From the NCBI GenBank assembly GCA_030426515.1, contig JAUHYM010000001.1, positions 73 through 64,072 of the forward strand: a DNA stretch of 64,000 nucleotides, in the 5' to 3' direction. Made by a program: the position numbers and the translations under genes. Below are positions 39,579 through 50,434 of the stretch, piece by piece; positions within the stretch are counted from its first letter, which is position 1, and every line of letters begins with the position of its first letter. This stretch comes from Actinomycetes bacterium (GTDB taxonomy: Bacteria; Actinomycetota; Actinomycetes; Actinomycetales; Microbacteriaceae). The notes beneath the pieces are model-generated. The model saw nothing but the letters and a program-made list of their open reading frames with translations. It made no database searches and was not told where the DNA came from.

Positions 39579-42259
39579 CAGCCTTCCTCCTTCTGACGAC
39601 CACGGAAGAGGCCTCCGAGAAACTCGACGCCGTTGTCGACGACCTTCGCGCCGCGCGAGGCGTGTGAACGCCACCACTGTCTGGCGACCTTGTCGGCTCG
39701 CGACTTCTCCATGCGCGCCTGGGTTTCCAGTGCGAGGGCGATGTCATCGGCTGTGACGGCGTTCGCACGTCTCGCCGAGCGCAGCGCACGCTCGGCGATG
39801 TCGTCGACGAGCTTGTTGCCGTTCGCGTCCGTGAGTCGGCACCACGCGCGCTGCTCGCGGGTGAGGTGGTCGGGATCGGTACTCGCCGCGCCGAGGAAGG
39901 CGAGATGGACGATGAGTGCCACGGCCCGAACCGCGTCTTCGCCGGCGCGCGCGTCGACGTACGGGGCGACACGTGCCGTGAGCCCGCGATCGGCTGACAC
40001 GTATGCGATCGTCGCGCGGATGATCTCTGCGTGCGGTTCGAGCTCCGGGTGTTCGCGGCCATCCGACCTCACGACGATCGAGAGTGCGGCGATCGCGGGG
40101 CCGAACACCTGCGAACGATCGTGTGGTCGACCGGGCCCGTTCTGCATGGTCTCCAGACACGCAACGATCGCCCGGGCCTCTTCTTCCCGGGTCAGGAGTG
40201 CACCGCCCGCGGTGAACTCGTCGACCCGTCGCGCCTCCACCACGGCCTTGGCGAGATTGCGAAGGCCGACGGCCGCGGATGGCGGCGCGGCCGCGACGGC
40301 GAGTGCCTCCGCCCGGCTCGAACGGAGAATCGCGCGCGCCGCCACCTCCTCCGGGACACGTGTCAGGTCGCCCTCGGTCGCGGCGACGAGGTGGCTGCCG
40401 TTCCACGCCCGACTCGCCAGGAGCAGGATCGACTTGCCCTCCTCGGGAACCCGGTCCCACCGGCCGAAGCGGTGAAGAAGGTGCACAGCGACCTCCCGCT
40501 CCAGCGCAAAGTCCGGTGCCTCGGTGACGGCCAGCGTTGCGGCATCCCACTGCACGATGGTCCGGCCCAGGGCCGTTCCGGGCGTGAACAGGGGCGACGG
40601 GCCGAAGAGTCCTATCAGCACGACCGGTGGCGTCGTGAAGAGGGAGTCGGGGGCGGGCTCCCGCTGTTCGAGGGCCGGAATGATCCAGCGCTCGAGCACC
40701 GCATCGTCGAAGGCGCCGGCATCGGCGAGAATCGACGCTGCCCGCGGATCATCGACGAGACGATCTATCTCCCCGGCCACGAACTCGTCGAGTCGACTCT
40801 CCACGGCGGGATCCGCCGCCCGCTGTGCGAACACGCCGCCGACGAAGCCGATGAGACGCAGAGCTGAGAGAGAGGCTCCGCCCGACGCAGCGCGGGCGAG
40901 CGCGACATCGAGGGCGGCGGCCGCCGCCTCTGAGAACCTTTCGAGGCTGAGCGGGATCTCGGGCAGCGGCGCCGGGCTGGCCTGCGTGAGCCACGCGGTG
41001 TCTTCCACCGCTCGAGCGAGGTAGGTGCCCGCCAGCAGCTGCGAGGTGAACGACTCCCGCGGGGTGGAGCGGAGCTGCCCCCACAGCAGCGCGGGGTCAT
41101 CGCTCAGCTCGTGCCCCATCGCCGCTTCGGTGGTTCTGCGCAGCTCGTCGTCGACGGCGACCTTCTCCGGCGTCGCGCGCACCACGATCGGGCGAGCGAG
41201 CGCCGCCGCGTCGGGATACTGATCGGAAAGCAGCAGGATCGTCATCGCGAGGGGCCACGCGGGGTCGATCGTCGGTGCGTCGTCCGTGCGCCGCGCGACC
41301 TGGTCGATCCCATCGAAGAGAGCACGCGCGTCGTACTCGGTAAAAAGACAGAGCGTGACGAGCGACGAGACGACGCCGACGTCGACTCTCCGACCATCCG
41401 CAAACGTGTGCGAGCCGCCGGGTTCCCCGATGGAGACGTCCGCGCTCGGGTCGATCTCGACGATGGTGTCCGACGGCGCCAGCACATCGCCCGCCGGGAC
41501 CGCGGCGACATGCACTCCCCGTTCGAATGCCTGCTCGACGCCACTGCTGTGCTCGCTCGCACCGCGCTCGTACAGGCTGAAGCCGAGTCGTCGCGCATCG
41601 CGCAATGAAAGAAGTGCGCTCACCGCACCGATCCACAGTGCGGCTTCCGCCTGATCGTCGCAACGAAGAACGACCCGCGGGCCGCCCTGGAGGGCCGCGA
41701 TGACGGCGTCTGCTAACACGGCGAGCGTGCCGACGCGCCACTGGGCGGGATCGAAGAGGAAGGTCAGCAGATTCTCCCGCGTGACCACGGGCCCCGGGCC
41801 GGGTGCGTCGGCGGGGAGCGACTCGCCCGCCAGGAGCGCATATTGATGCGGCGCGAGGAACTGCTCGGAGCGCCACAAGGCGACCGGCGCGTGGCGTGGG
41901 GCGGAAGAATCCGGCAGACGATCCAGCACCAGGTGGGAGAAGACGTTTCCCGTTCGGCCCGAGCCGTCGACATCGAGCTGCGAGGCGTGCCAGTAGAAGG
42001 CCTGGTCATCGCGCCACACGTAGCCGAAGCGGCGAGGCAGCGCCTGGTAGACCTCCGGTCGCTGCCCCACCCCGGGGAACGGCACATGGCTCTCGAACCG
42101 GGTGACGGCCAGAGAGACGAGCCGATTCGCCTCCTCGTCGGAGAGACCTCCGACCGACTCCTTGACCCGCCACCCGGCCGGCGTACGCGCGACGGGATCG
42201 GCCGGAAGGGAGCCGTAGCTCAGCTGCGCCCAGCGGCCGGCGCCCGTGGCGGCGATCAT
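39578..42259 (-). CDS. GTPase-associated protein 1 (GAP1-N2/M-like) protein
   Basis: WAQLSYGS...GW.V, DGSGRTGNVFSH, ALWIGAVS...LGFSLYER; long helical C-terminus. Confidence 0.75.
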   Translation of the reverse strand: MIAATGAGRWAQLSYGSLPADPVARTPAGWRVKESVGGLSDEEANRLVSLAVTRFESHVPFPGVGQRPEVYQALPRRFGYVWRDDQAFYWHASQLDVDGSGRTGNVFSHLVLDRLPDSSAPRHAPVALWRSEQFLAPHQYALLAGESLPADAPGPGPVVTRENLLTFLFDPAQWRVGTLAVLADAVIAALQGGPRVVLRCDDQAEAALWIGAVSALLSLRDARRLGFSLYERGASEHSSGVEQAFERGVHVAAVPAGDVLAPSDTIVEIDPSADVSIGEPGGSHTFADGRRVDVGVVSSLVTLCLFTEYDARALFDGIDQVARRTDDAPTIDPAWPLAMTILLLSDQYPDAAALARPIVVRATPEKVAVDDELRRTTEAAMGHELSDDPALLWGQLRSTPRESFTSQLLAGTYLARAVEDTAWLTQASPAPLPEIPLSLERFSEAAAAALDVALARAASGGASLSALRLIGFVGGVFAQRAADPAVESRLDEFVAGEIDRLVDDPRAASILADAGAFDDAVLERWIIPALEQREPAPDSLFTTPPVVLIGLFGPSPLFTPGTALGRTIVQWDAATLAVTEAPDFALEREVAVHLLHRFGRWDRVPEEGKSILLLASRAWNGSHLVAATEGDLTRVPEEVAARAILRSSRAEALAVAAAPPSAAVGLRNLAKAVVEARRVDEFTAGGALLTREEEARAIVACLETMQNGPGRPHDRSQVFGPAIAALSIVVRSDGREHPELEPHAEIIRATIAYVSADRGLTARVAPYVDARAGEDAVRAVALIVHLAFLGAASTDPDHLTREQRAWCRLTDANGNKLVDDIAERALRSARRANAVTADDIALALETQARMEKSRADKVARQWWRSHASRGAKVVDNGVEFLGGLFRGRQKEEG

Positions 42260-44319
42260 CGGCCGAGCAGACCCGCGACACGAAGCGTGCGCACGGCCGG
42301 GTCGAGGAGTGCGACGTGGGGCTGGTACCGCGGGTCATCGACGAATAGGCGCAGGAACCCGCCGCTCGCGGCAACCGCGCTCCACGACGCAGGGTCCGCT
42401 TTCCACCCGGGTTCGGAATGGCCGCCCGTAGACAGCCGAGGCACCACGATGCGCTGCATCGCCGTCGTTGCGCCGTCTTCGTCACGGGTGAGTGCGATAT
42501 GCGCGGTCGCGTCGCTCACCGTGAGGGGCAGGCGGTCGGGCCGGAAGGCGAGGACGAAGCCGACGCCGGGGTCCAGCTGCAGATCGCGTTCGCACTGGAT
42601 CGTGAGGCTCGGGCGCCGCGCCGCCGCAGTGAGACCGAGACTGAATGATACCCGGTACTCGAGCGTCATCACGGGTGTATAGGCAACGGTCACGGGAGCG
42701 CTCTGCACGGTGTCGGTGCCGTGGCTGCCGAAGGCGACGAGATGGATGTCGCAGATGTTCGACAGCTGATGCCGCCCGAGCGTGAGACTGCCGATCGCCT
42801 CATAGTCGGAGCGTGAGATGGCCGCGACGGCCCGGCCCGTGATCACGCCTTCCGCAGGGGTGTTGCTCGGCCCGACGAACAGTCGCACCTCGTTGGCGCC
42901 GTCAGGGAAATCGAACGTGACGAGCTTCTGGTCGACGCGCTCGATGAGCTTGACCCGCTCTACCGGAGCCACGCGAATACCCGTCACGGTATTACCGACG
43001 AACGAGAACTCGCCCATCTCGACGACCGGGGTGAAGAAGGCCTTCGACCACGCTCGGGGCCACGGCACGCTGCGCATGACGCCGCGGCCGCCCTCGCGGT
43101 CGACGGGGTGGGTGAGTCGAGCCTCGGGAAGGAGACCGGCGCTCGGCAGCGACGATGTCACCACGGGGGCGGTGTCCCAACCCGCGAGCGGTTCCATGTC
43201 GGTTCGGTAGACCACGACGCGCCCGCCCGGGGGCTCTGTCCACGCGAGATCGAACCACGCGCTCGCCCCCTCCTCGCGGAGGCTGAAGGACAGGTCACCG
43301 ACTGGCGCGTGGGCCTCCGGGACGAACACCTCGTGGGTGACCGGCGCCGAGGTGTGCACCTCTCCGTTGACGTCTGCCTCGGCGATCACCTGATAGACGT
43401 ACCGTCGCCCTGGAGCGGCCTCGCCATCGGAGAATCCGCCCCGTAGAGGCCGATCGGAGTGGATGCGAAAGCCAGGGTTGCCAAATCCGGCAACGAGGGC
43501 CTGATCGACCGGCACGCGGTATACGGCGACGCTCGAGGTACCCGGCTCCGTTTCCCACGTTGCAGTGACGACCGCGCCGGAGTCGACTCCGAGCTCGATG
43601 TCGCGGGGAGGGGCGACGACGAGCCCCATCGCAACGATGTCCGGCTGCGCTGCGGCCGCTTCGGCAAGTGAGCTGCCCGAGTGTCGCCATACCTGGTAGT
43701 GCCGCACGGCATGCTGGAACGGCTCCGCGTCCTCCACCGCCTCGCCACTGCTGAGGGCGACGAGCGACGCGGTGTCGGGGGTGTAGGGCGCGTGCTGATC
43801 GCCGCGCACCACGCGATCCACATACACACCGGTTCCCGCTGGCCAGGTGAGGAGGTGTGACCCGTCGATGGTGCGGGATACCTGGATCTGCCCGATCTGC
43901 CCGGTGGGCACGGCACCGCTGTACGCGGCGAACCGCACGCTGCTGAGGTCAGCTCCAGTCGGAGGTTCGACGGGTGCGGCCGAGGTCACGCTCGCCACCG
44001 GCACGGCCGGCGCCACGGCCGGTGCCACGGCCGGCGCGGCGATCGTCGCCGGAGTCTCGACGACGGGCGCCGCAGCCGCTGAGGAGTCGACGGTCGACAG
44101 AGCGTGCGCGATCTCGTCGGCGAGGTCCTTGACAAGGGGGGGAAACCGCGGGTTCGCGCGGATCTCGGCCGCCGTCATGACGTCTGACACGGCGACCACA
44201 CGTTGGTACGGCGGCGCGAAGCCCTCGCCGGCCGAATCGCCCTCGGCGGTGAGGCGCTCCGCGAGTGCACGAAGCGCCTCCAGTCGCGCGCTCATCGCGC
44301 TGTCAGGGTTCTCGCTCAT
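42256..44319 (-). CDS. Cytoplasmic protein with tandem fibronectin-III-like domains
   Basis: Repeated LTW / ATW / LAW strands with VYR and Y.YQV motifs; no signal peptide; start at MSENPD. Confidence 0.7.
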   Translation of the reverse strand: MSENPDSAMSARLEALRALAERLTAEGDSAGEGFAPPYQRVVAVSDVMTAAEIRANPRFPPLVKDLADEIAHALSTVDSSAAAAPVVETPATIAAPAVAPAVAPAVPVASVTSAAPVEPPTGADLSSVRFAAYSGAVPTGQIGQIQVSRTIDGSHLLTWPAGTGVYVDRVVRGDQHAPYTPDTASLVALSSGEAVEDAEPFQHAVRHYQVWRHSGSSLAEAAAAQPDIVAMGLVVAPPRDIELGVDSGAVVTATWETEPGTSSVAVYRVPVDQALVAGFGNPGFRIHSDRPLRGGFSDGEAAPGRRYVYQVIAEADVNGEVHTSAPVTHEVFVPEAHAPVGDLSFSLREEGASAWFDLAWTEPPGGRVVVYRTDMEPLAGWDTAPVVTSSLPSAGLLPEARLTHPVDREGGRGVMRSVPWPRAWSKAFFTPVVEMGEFSFVGNTVTGIRVAPVERVKLIERVDQKLVTFDFPDGANEVRLFVGPSNTPAEGVITGRAVAAISRSDYEAIGSLTLGRHQLSNICDIHLVAFGSHGTDTVQSAPVTVAYTPVMTLEYRVSFSLGLTAAARRPSLTIQCERDLQLDPGVGFVLAFRPDRLPLTVSDATAHIALTRDEDGATTAMQRIVVPRLSTGGHSEPGWKADPASWSAVAASGGFLRLFVDDPRYQPHVALLDPAVRTLRVAGLLGR

Positions 44320-44338
44320 CTGTTCTCTCCCCATCCCC

Positions 44339-46924
44339 TCACAGCACCGGAGTGTCCGTCTCGGTGGCCCAGTCGCCGCCCGTCGATCCGCTGGCTGTCT
44401 CGCCGTGGACCGTGAACTCGAAAGCAGGCAGGCCGACCGTCGCCTGCCGGAGCAGCACGAGGCGACTGAGACCACGCGTCACCGTGACGGGTTCACTGGT
44501 CGCGATCGCGGTCTTGCCAGCCTGGATGCGCACATCGGGCCGCAGCGACGAGTCTTCGATGCCCTGGTGCGATCCGCCCGCGGAGCGCTCGAGAGCCCCC
44601 ATGAACTCTCCGTATGCGACCGAGGCGCCGGCGGAATCCACACGCTGCAGCAGTTGCTCGCTCAGCGACGGATGCTCGGCGAGCAGACCCAGGCTGCCGG
44701 CCCATCGACGGTCGCCCGCATCGGGGTCGACACCGTGGCGCGCGAGATGGGCGGTGAGGGTCGGGAGCACGCTCTGGTCGCCCTCACCCAGCTGACGGAA
44801 GAGCAGGTCGGGGGCTTCTCGGAACTCGATTCCCCTGCCGCCCAGCCGTCGGTGGGCGTTGCGCATCACGGTGCCGAAGACGGCGTTGAGCCAGCCGGGT
44901 TCGAATGCCAGTCGGCGCAGCTCTGCGGCCACGATGTCGAGCGCGGCCGCGTCGGTCTGCGCCTCGCCGACGACGACCGACAGCGGAAGTCCGGCGAGTC
45001 CGGGGGTGCTCGACGACGCCTCGCGCGACGAGCTGCCGAACGGGTCGGCCAGCACCACGCCGAGCACTTCCGACCACCGCAGAAACTGCGTGTACGCATC
45101 CACCAGCCGCCGCATGTCGCGCAGGGCGTGGCGCAGGTTCGCCTCGTCGGCCTCGCGCCGGCTGAGCAGTTCGCGCCGCTCTCTCATGAGTCGGAAGAGC
45201 GTGGCCTGGCCACGAATGAAGAGCACGAACGACGAGACGAACCAGGCGAGCAGCAGCCCGCCGATGAGGCTCCACCCGAGCGCTGCTCCGACGACCGCGA
45301 AGCCGAGGAGGATGCCCACGAGGGCGAGGAGCACAGCGAACACGATGAAGAGGATCCTCAGGGCCCGGGCAAGCTTCCGCTGCGATCGCGCAAGGCGGTC
45401 ATCCACGTCGTCGCCAGCGCCCTCTCGGAGCCGTTCGAGGATGCCGGCCACCTCGGCGCGCACGGTCGTCAGCGCCTCGCCGAGCCGTGATCCGATGCGC
45501 ACCGAGAAGCTTGTCGCGAACTTCCGGCGCCAGCGCCGGAGCTCTTCCAACGCGGTGCTGGCGGCGACACCCGCGCCGGGCTGGGATGCCAGCGCGGCCA
45601 GTCGCTGCTCCAGATCGTCGGCTTCGAGGGTGTCGTAGGGGGCGATCTCGGCGGCGCCCACGACGGCAGCGAGGTGTGGTGGCACCTCGGTGAAGCGCGT
45701 CGACGCGTCGGGGACGGCGTCTTCTCGACGGCGCAGCACGCCCTTGCGGGCGCCGATCTCGACCGGCGGAAAGGCAGGATTGCGCTCGCCCGCGTCGCAC
45801 AGCGTCAGAGCGGCGGCCGCATAGGCCTGCCAGAGCTGGGTGAGGTCTTCGTGGGGCACGTGAGCGGTATTCGTGACGCCCGCGGCGAGGGTGTCGACGG
45901 CATCGCCGAGGTCCTGCCATGACGCGGGCCGGCCGTCGGGAAGCACTCCGCCGACCACGACCACGTAGGCGGAGTCCGATGTGCCGAACACGGCGCCCTG
46001 CACTCGACTCGCGGCTCCGGCCTTGATCTTCCGAAAGACCGAGGCGACCCAGCGGCCGGGCGCATTCCGCACCGCCGCGACGAGAAAGCTGAAGAACATA
46101 CCGAGAGCCTCGAGAGCCCCGACCTTCTTGACCTCGGTCATGGCGGGCTGCTCCCGCGGCCCGCGCAAGACCCAGTCGAACACGCGCCAGTAAGAGTCGC
46201 TCATCGACGACGTGGCGAGCGCGTCATCCTCGATGTACTCGCTGCCGCCGGAGACGCGGGGAAGCGGGAGACCGCTGTCGGTCGTGAGCACGGCCGTGCG
46301 CAGTTCCGATTCGACGCGGGTCGAGTCGAGACTGCGCACGAACGATCGCGTGAGGCGTGCAGCGGGCGACTGCGGCGCGGAGGCCGACCCGAACAGCATC
46401 GTGTCCACGCCGGCCCACAGTCCGAGCACGCCCGCGAGGGAGGCCGCGATGTGTGTCATCACATCGTCGGCGTGGGTCGTGTGGTCGAGCACGATGCGTC
46501 CGCGCTCGGGAATCGACCCCTCCTCGGCGGCGAGCACGACGTTGTGCCACCCGGCGGTGGCCAAGGTCGGAACTGCGAGGTCGACTCCCTTGAGGACCGC
46601 CGTCGCCCGGATGCGCGTGACCGACATCCCCTGGCCGAGAGACTCGTCGATGATGCTCTCGCACGCACTGACACGATCGCGGGGAACGGGCGTGACTCCG
46701 CGAAGAGCGGCGCCGAGCACCGTGAGCACGACCTCGTCGGCACGTGTCGCGGTGAGCACGCGGCGCAGCGGCAGGCGCGTCGCACGGCCGGCGTCGACCA
46801 CGGTCGCGGCCACGCCATCTGTCCAGACGAAGTGATCGACGAGTCCGGCCGCCGACCAGTCCCGCAGCACATCGCGCACTCCCTCGAGCTCGCGAGGGCC
46901 GAGGATGAGCGGAAGCATGCTCAT
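44339..46924 (-). CDS. Large hypothetical protein (862 aa) with coiled coil and TM hairpin
   Basis: RDVLRDWSAAGL N-terminus; two adjacent TM helices in the C-terminal half; ATG overlaps the tubulin stop. Confidence 0.8.
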   Translation of the reverse strand: MSMLPLILGPRELEGVRDVLRDWSAAGLVDHFVWTDGVAATVVDAGRATRLPLRRVLTATRADEVVLTVLGAALRGVTPVPRDRVSACESIIDESLGQGMSVTRIRATAVLKGVDLAVPTLATAGWHNVVLAAEEGSIPERGRIVLDHTTHADDVMTHIAASLAGVLGLWAGVDTMLFGSASAPQSPAARLTRSFVRSLDSTRVESELRTAVLTTDSGLPLPRVSGGSEYIEDDALATSSMSDSYWRVFDWVLRGPREQPAMTEVKKVGALEALGMFFSFLVAAVRNAPGRWVASVFRKIKAGAASRVQGAVFGTSDSAYVVVVGGVLPDGRPASWQDLGDAVDTLAAGVTNTAHVPHEDLTQLWQAYAAAALTLCDAGERNPAFPPVEIGARKGVLRRREDAVPDASTRFTEVPPHLAAVVGAAEIAPYDTLEADDLEQRLAALASQPGAGVAASTALEELRRWRRKFATSFSVRIGSRLGEALTTVRAEVAGILERLREGAGDDVDDRLARSQRKLARALRILFIVFAVLLALVGILLGFAVVGAALGWSLIGGLLLAWFVSSFVLFIRGQATLFRLMRERRELLSRREADEANLRHALRDMRRLVDAYTQFLRWSEVLGVVLADPFGSSSREASSSTPGLAGLPLSVVVGEAQTDAAALDIVAAELRRLAFEPGWLNAVFGTVMRNAHRRLGGRGIEFREAPDLLFRQLGEGDQSVLPTLTAHLARHGVDPDAGDRRWAGSLGLLAEHPSLSEQLLQRVDSAGASVAYGEFMGALERSAGGSHQGIEDSSLRPDVRIQAGKTAIATSEPVTVTRGLSRLVLLRQATVGLPAFEFTVHGETASGSTGGDWATETDTPVL

Positions 46925-49900
46925 AGGATCACGATGTCGTCTTGCGCGGCGCGATCGCCCCGCTCCGCCTGAGCGAGCGCGGGCACGAGCAGACGCTCGA
47001 CCTCGCCCAGCGCCCATTCGGCGTCGCCCGCCACATCGCGGAAGATCGGTGTCTGTGCGGCATCCCGTCGGGTGGTGACCGGACTGCCGAACTGAACAGG
47101 AATGGCCGAGCGCTGTGACCTCACCCACGCGCGCACCGCGTCAGCGCGCTCCGCGGCCGTCGTGCCGACGAACACGTTTCGGCCGCCCTGCGGAACAGCA
47201 CCGGTGGCGAGCCATTCGGCGAGCACCGTCTGCCCCGCCAGATCGGCGGCCAGCGCACCGCCCCCCGCGGCGCTGGCTCGGTCGGAAGACGCATCGTACA
47301 GCCGTCGCAGCTCACGGTAAGGCGCGAGCGAGGCGAGCACCGGCGGGTTGTTGACTTGCGCGACCGCGAGAAGCTGCGCCTCGAGCACCGCCGGCATCCA
47401 GTCGAAGTCGCGCCCGAAGAAGCGTTCCGGCGGCGTCAGGAGCGGGTCGGGGAAGGAGAGCCAGGTCGACTCGTTCGTATCCCAGATCCTGACCGGATCG
47501 GTGTACGGCGCACCAGGGACACGGATGCGGCCTGTCACACGCCCGAGGTACCAGCCTGCCACCATGGCGCGACGCTCCGCATCGCCCATGGGGAGTGACC
47601 CCGCGAGCGGCCGCGCACGCCGGTGCGCCCAGAATGACTCCCGACCGTAGGTCGGAGTGATGCCCCATTGTTCCTTGACCGGATCGAGCAAGCCGCTGAA
47701 CACGAGCGGGGAGTAGCACTTGTAGGAGCCGAAGACGTCGACCTTGGTCGAGGATGAGCTGTCGGTGAAGGCGCGGTCGAAGTCGTTCACCGTCGTCGCA
47801 TCGATGTTGGGCCAGGCGCGCACGATGTCTGTCAGTCGTGTGACCAGGGCTGCCGCACCCTGGAAGGGCACTCCCGAGAACTTGTAGCGATACGCGACGC
47901 CCTCGCCGTGCACCGCGAGAACCGCTTGCTCGCTGACGCCCGCGAGCGGGAGGGCAGACGAGAGGGCCTCGCGGAATCGCTGCACGATGAGATCCTGGCG
48001 TTCGGCGGTCACCGAGGCGGGAGTGTGCTCGTCTCCCAGTGCGAACTGCCGCAGCGACACCGAGCAGTAGGTGTCGAAGGGTTCGCCACGGCGTGACACG
48101 AAGGCGGTGGCACGCTCGAGCAGGTCGGAGGTCGTGAGGTGCAATGCGTAGACCGCGCGCGACGGGACCAGACCCGCGCCGTCGGCGGGATCGATATTGA
48201 AGTACGAGGCGCGCCAGGCGGTGCTGCGCTCCAGCAGCCCACCTGGCGGCACGGCGCCCGCCCCGACGGGCCAGATGCCCGTGATGACCAGAGGGACGAG
48301 CACTGACTGGGCCTCTTCGTACCCGGTCCCGATCGCGCGGGGCACCGAAGCACGCACGTCGGTCGCGTACTGCTTGTCGAACTCCGACGCGGGGGTGAGC
48401 AGGATCTCGTTGTGGGCGACGTCGAATCGCTCGGGCACCTCGGTGTCGCGGTCGCTCGGCCAGGCTGCGTAGACATCCGTGGCGACATCTGCGAGCTTGA
48501 CCCCTGCGACGGGCTGGGCGACGGCGGTGCTGAGCAGCTTCAGCGCCTCGCTGATCTCACCGCGGAGCGGCTGCAGGCTCTCGCCGACCATCGGCCCGAG
48601 CACGCGGGCCAGAGCCTCCGATCCGCGCGCGAAGATGTTTTTTCGCAGCTGGCCGGCGAGGCCCTCGAGCAGCGCATTCGTGATGCCGTCCGGATTGAGG
48701 ATGGCTCCCCTCATGCCGGCGACGGGGGTGGCGACCGCCTCGGGCAGCTTGGCCGCGTCATCGGTCTGGTACTCCGAGAGCGCCTGCAGCGCCGGCTGCA
48801 GTCCGTTCTGGATGAGCGACTCGATCCGGGTGAGGAGCGCCCGGGCATAGGGGAGCCCGAACTGCGCGATCGCGTTCGAGATCTCATCGAGGATCCGCTG
48901 TTCGAATCCGGGCACCCATTCGAAGGCCCAGTTGTACGCCGCCTTCGAGACCGCCGTTGCGATCGTCGTGCGCGCCGCGGCCAGGTGCTGTCCCACGGCC
49001 TGGAGCCATTGCCGTGCATCGTTTCCTGCGGCCGGGGGGAGCCCCACGAGTACGACGGAGTTGATGATCGACTGGATCTCCGTCTGCTGCACGCCCTGTG
49101 GGAGCGCCGTCGAGGTGAACCACGCCGCGACGCCGTTGCGATTGACATCGGCGGGCAGCTCGAGTCGCGCCAGCACGTTCGCCCATTGCGACTCGACGAG
49201 CGTGTTCAAGACCACGTCGTCGGTCGCCTGCGCGTCGGCGCCGCGCCGATGTCCCGAGACGAGCCGATCGACCGAGGCGCGCGCCAGGCGCTGAGCGGCG
49301 TAGTGGCGGTAGCGGTCGCGGCCCATGTTCAGGCTGGCGAACCCGAACGATCCCCACTGCAGGTCGCGCACGCTCTCGTCCCAGCCGAAGACCGATCGGT
49401 CGGTGTCGGTCGGGTTCGAGTTGCCGAGGTCGTACTGCACGTACTTCGACATCGCGGCGTCGCTTGCGACCAGGCCCGCGAGTCCGCGCCCGAGCCCGCG
49501 GTAGACGCCCTTCATCGTGCCGTCGCCGAACACGGTCTCGGTGACACCCATCGTCCGCCCGATGGGGAAGACCCGTGCGAACGGCACGGCCGCGACGTCG
49601 GTCGCAATGCCCATCGACGCCAGCACGGCGACATCGTGGCTGTTCGCTGCTCGCGTCTGGCTCGCCACGATCTCGCCGAGCATCGCAAGTCCGTTGGCGC
49701 GCACGCCGCCGCGATCGCTGGGCGCGAGTTCGTTGAAGGTGTCGGGTGAGAACATGAACACACCCAGGAGGCGGGGGTCGAGGTTCGGGATGCCGGTGAG
49801 GATGCGGCAGACATCCAAGGCCATCGAGGCGCCTGCGCCGCCGGCCATCGACGAGACGACGAAGACGATGGGATCGATTGCCTGGTCGTACTCGCCGAAA

Positions 49901-50388
49901 CGGCCCTTCGACGCCGCAGCGACGCGGTGCATCCCCGCCTCATCGGAATACAGCCGCTCCCACGCGGCGCGCAGGCCGGCGAACACCGTGGGGGACTGGG
50001 CGAGGGTCAGGGTGCGACCCACGGCCCGTAGCTGTCCGGCACCGACTGTGACAGGCACGGTGATGTCATCGGGAACTCGCGGCAGCCATGTGCCCAGTCG
50101 CGGAAGTTCGCCGCTGCCGGCGACCTTCGAGGCGAGCGCCGAATCGACGTTCGCGTACTTCGATCCTGACGCGGGTGCCGTGGAAATATACGTCCCGCCC
50201 TGATCCGCAACGGTCGCGATGAGAGAGCCGCCGTCACCCGTCTTGGGCACGTCGACGTGCACGAACTGCCACCCGGCGGGGAGCTCGGTGATGCCGTACG
50301 GCGCGAGCTCCGAACGCAGCTGGTCCATCATGAAGCCGAGCGTCGCGCCACCTGAGCCGCCGCACCCGACCACGAGAATCTTCCTCAT
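46921..50388 (-). CDS. Tubulin/FtsZ-like domain protein (Tubulin_2 type), 1155 aa
   Basis: ILVVGCGGSGG, FVHVD, GAGQLRAVGR, SSMAGGAGAS (variant of GGGTGSG). Confidence 0.85.
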   Translation of the reverse strand: MRKILVVGCGGSGGATLGFMMDQLRSELAPYGITELPAGWQFVHVDVPKTGDGGSLIATVADQGGTYISTAPASGSKYANVDSALASKVAGSGELPRLGTWLPRVPDDITVPVTVGAGQLRAVGRTLTLAQSPTVFAGLRAAWERLYSDEAGMHRVAAASKGRFGEYDQAIDPIVFVVSSMAGGAGASMALDVCRILTGIPNLDPRLLGVFMFSPDTFNELAPSDRGGVRANGLAMLGEIVASQTRAANSHDVAVLASMGIATDVAAVPFARVFPIGRTMGVTETVFGDGTMKGVYRGLGRGLAGLVASDAAMSKYVQYDLGNSNPTDTDRSVFGWDESVRDLQWGSFGFASLNMGRDRYRHYAAQRLARASVDRLVSGHRRGADAQATDDVVLNTLVESQWANVLARLELPADVNRNGVAAWFTSTALPQGVQQTEIQSIINSVVLVGLPPAAGNDARQWLQAVGQHLAAARTTIATAVSKAAYNWAFEWVPGFEQRILDEISNAIAQFGLPYARALLTRIESLIQNGLQPALQALSEYQTDDAAKLPEAVATPVAGMRGAILNPDGITNALLEGLAGQLRKNIFARGSEALARVLGPMVGESLQPLRGEISEALKLLSTAVAQPVAGVKLADVATDVYAAWPSDRDTEVPERFDVAHNEILLTPASEFDKQYATDVRASVPRAIGTGYEEAQSVLVPLVITGIWPVGAGAVPPGGLLERSTAWRASYFNIDPADGAGLVPSRAVYALHLTTSDLLERATAFVSRRGEPFDTYCSVSLRQFALGDEHTPASVTAERQDLIVQRFREALSSALPLAGVSEQAVLAVHGEGVAYRYKFSGVPFQGAAALVTRLTDIVRAWPNIDATTVNDFDRAFTDSSSSTKVDVFGSYKCYSPLVFSGLLDPVKEQWGITPTYGRESFWAHRRARPLAGSLPMGDAERRAMVAGWYLGRVTGRIRVPGAPYTDPVRIWDTNESTWLSFPDPLLTPPERFFGRDFDWMPAVLEAQLLAVAQVNNPPVLASLAPYRELRRLYDASSDRASAAGGGALAADLAGQTVLAEWLATGAVPQGGRNVFVGTTAAERADAVRAWVRSQRSAIPVQFGSPVTTRRDAAQTPIFRDVAGDAEWALGEVERLLVPALAQAERGDRAAQDDIVIL

Positions 50389-50434
50389 CGTTTCCTCTCA
50401 GACCCTTCTCCGCCTGCGTCCCGCAGATCACCCA

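Noticed and set aside
46921-50388. Cell-division ftsZ
   Set aside because: 1155 aa, divergent signature (AGGAGAS), and no dcw cluster context
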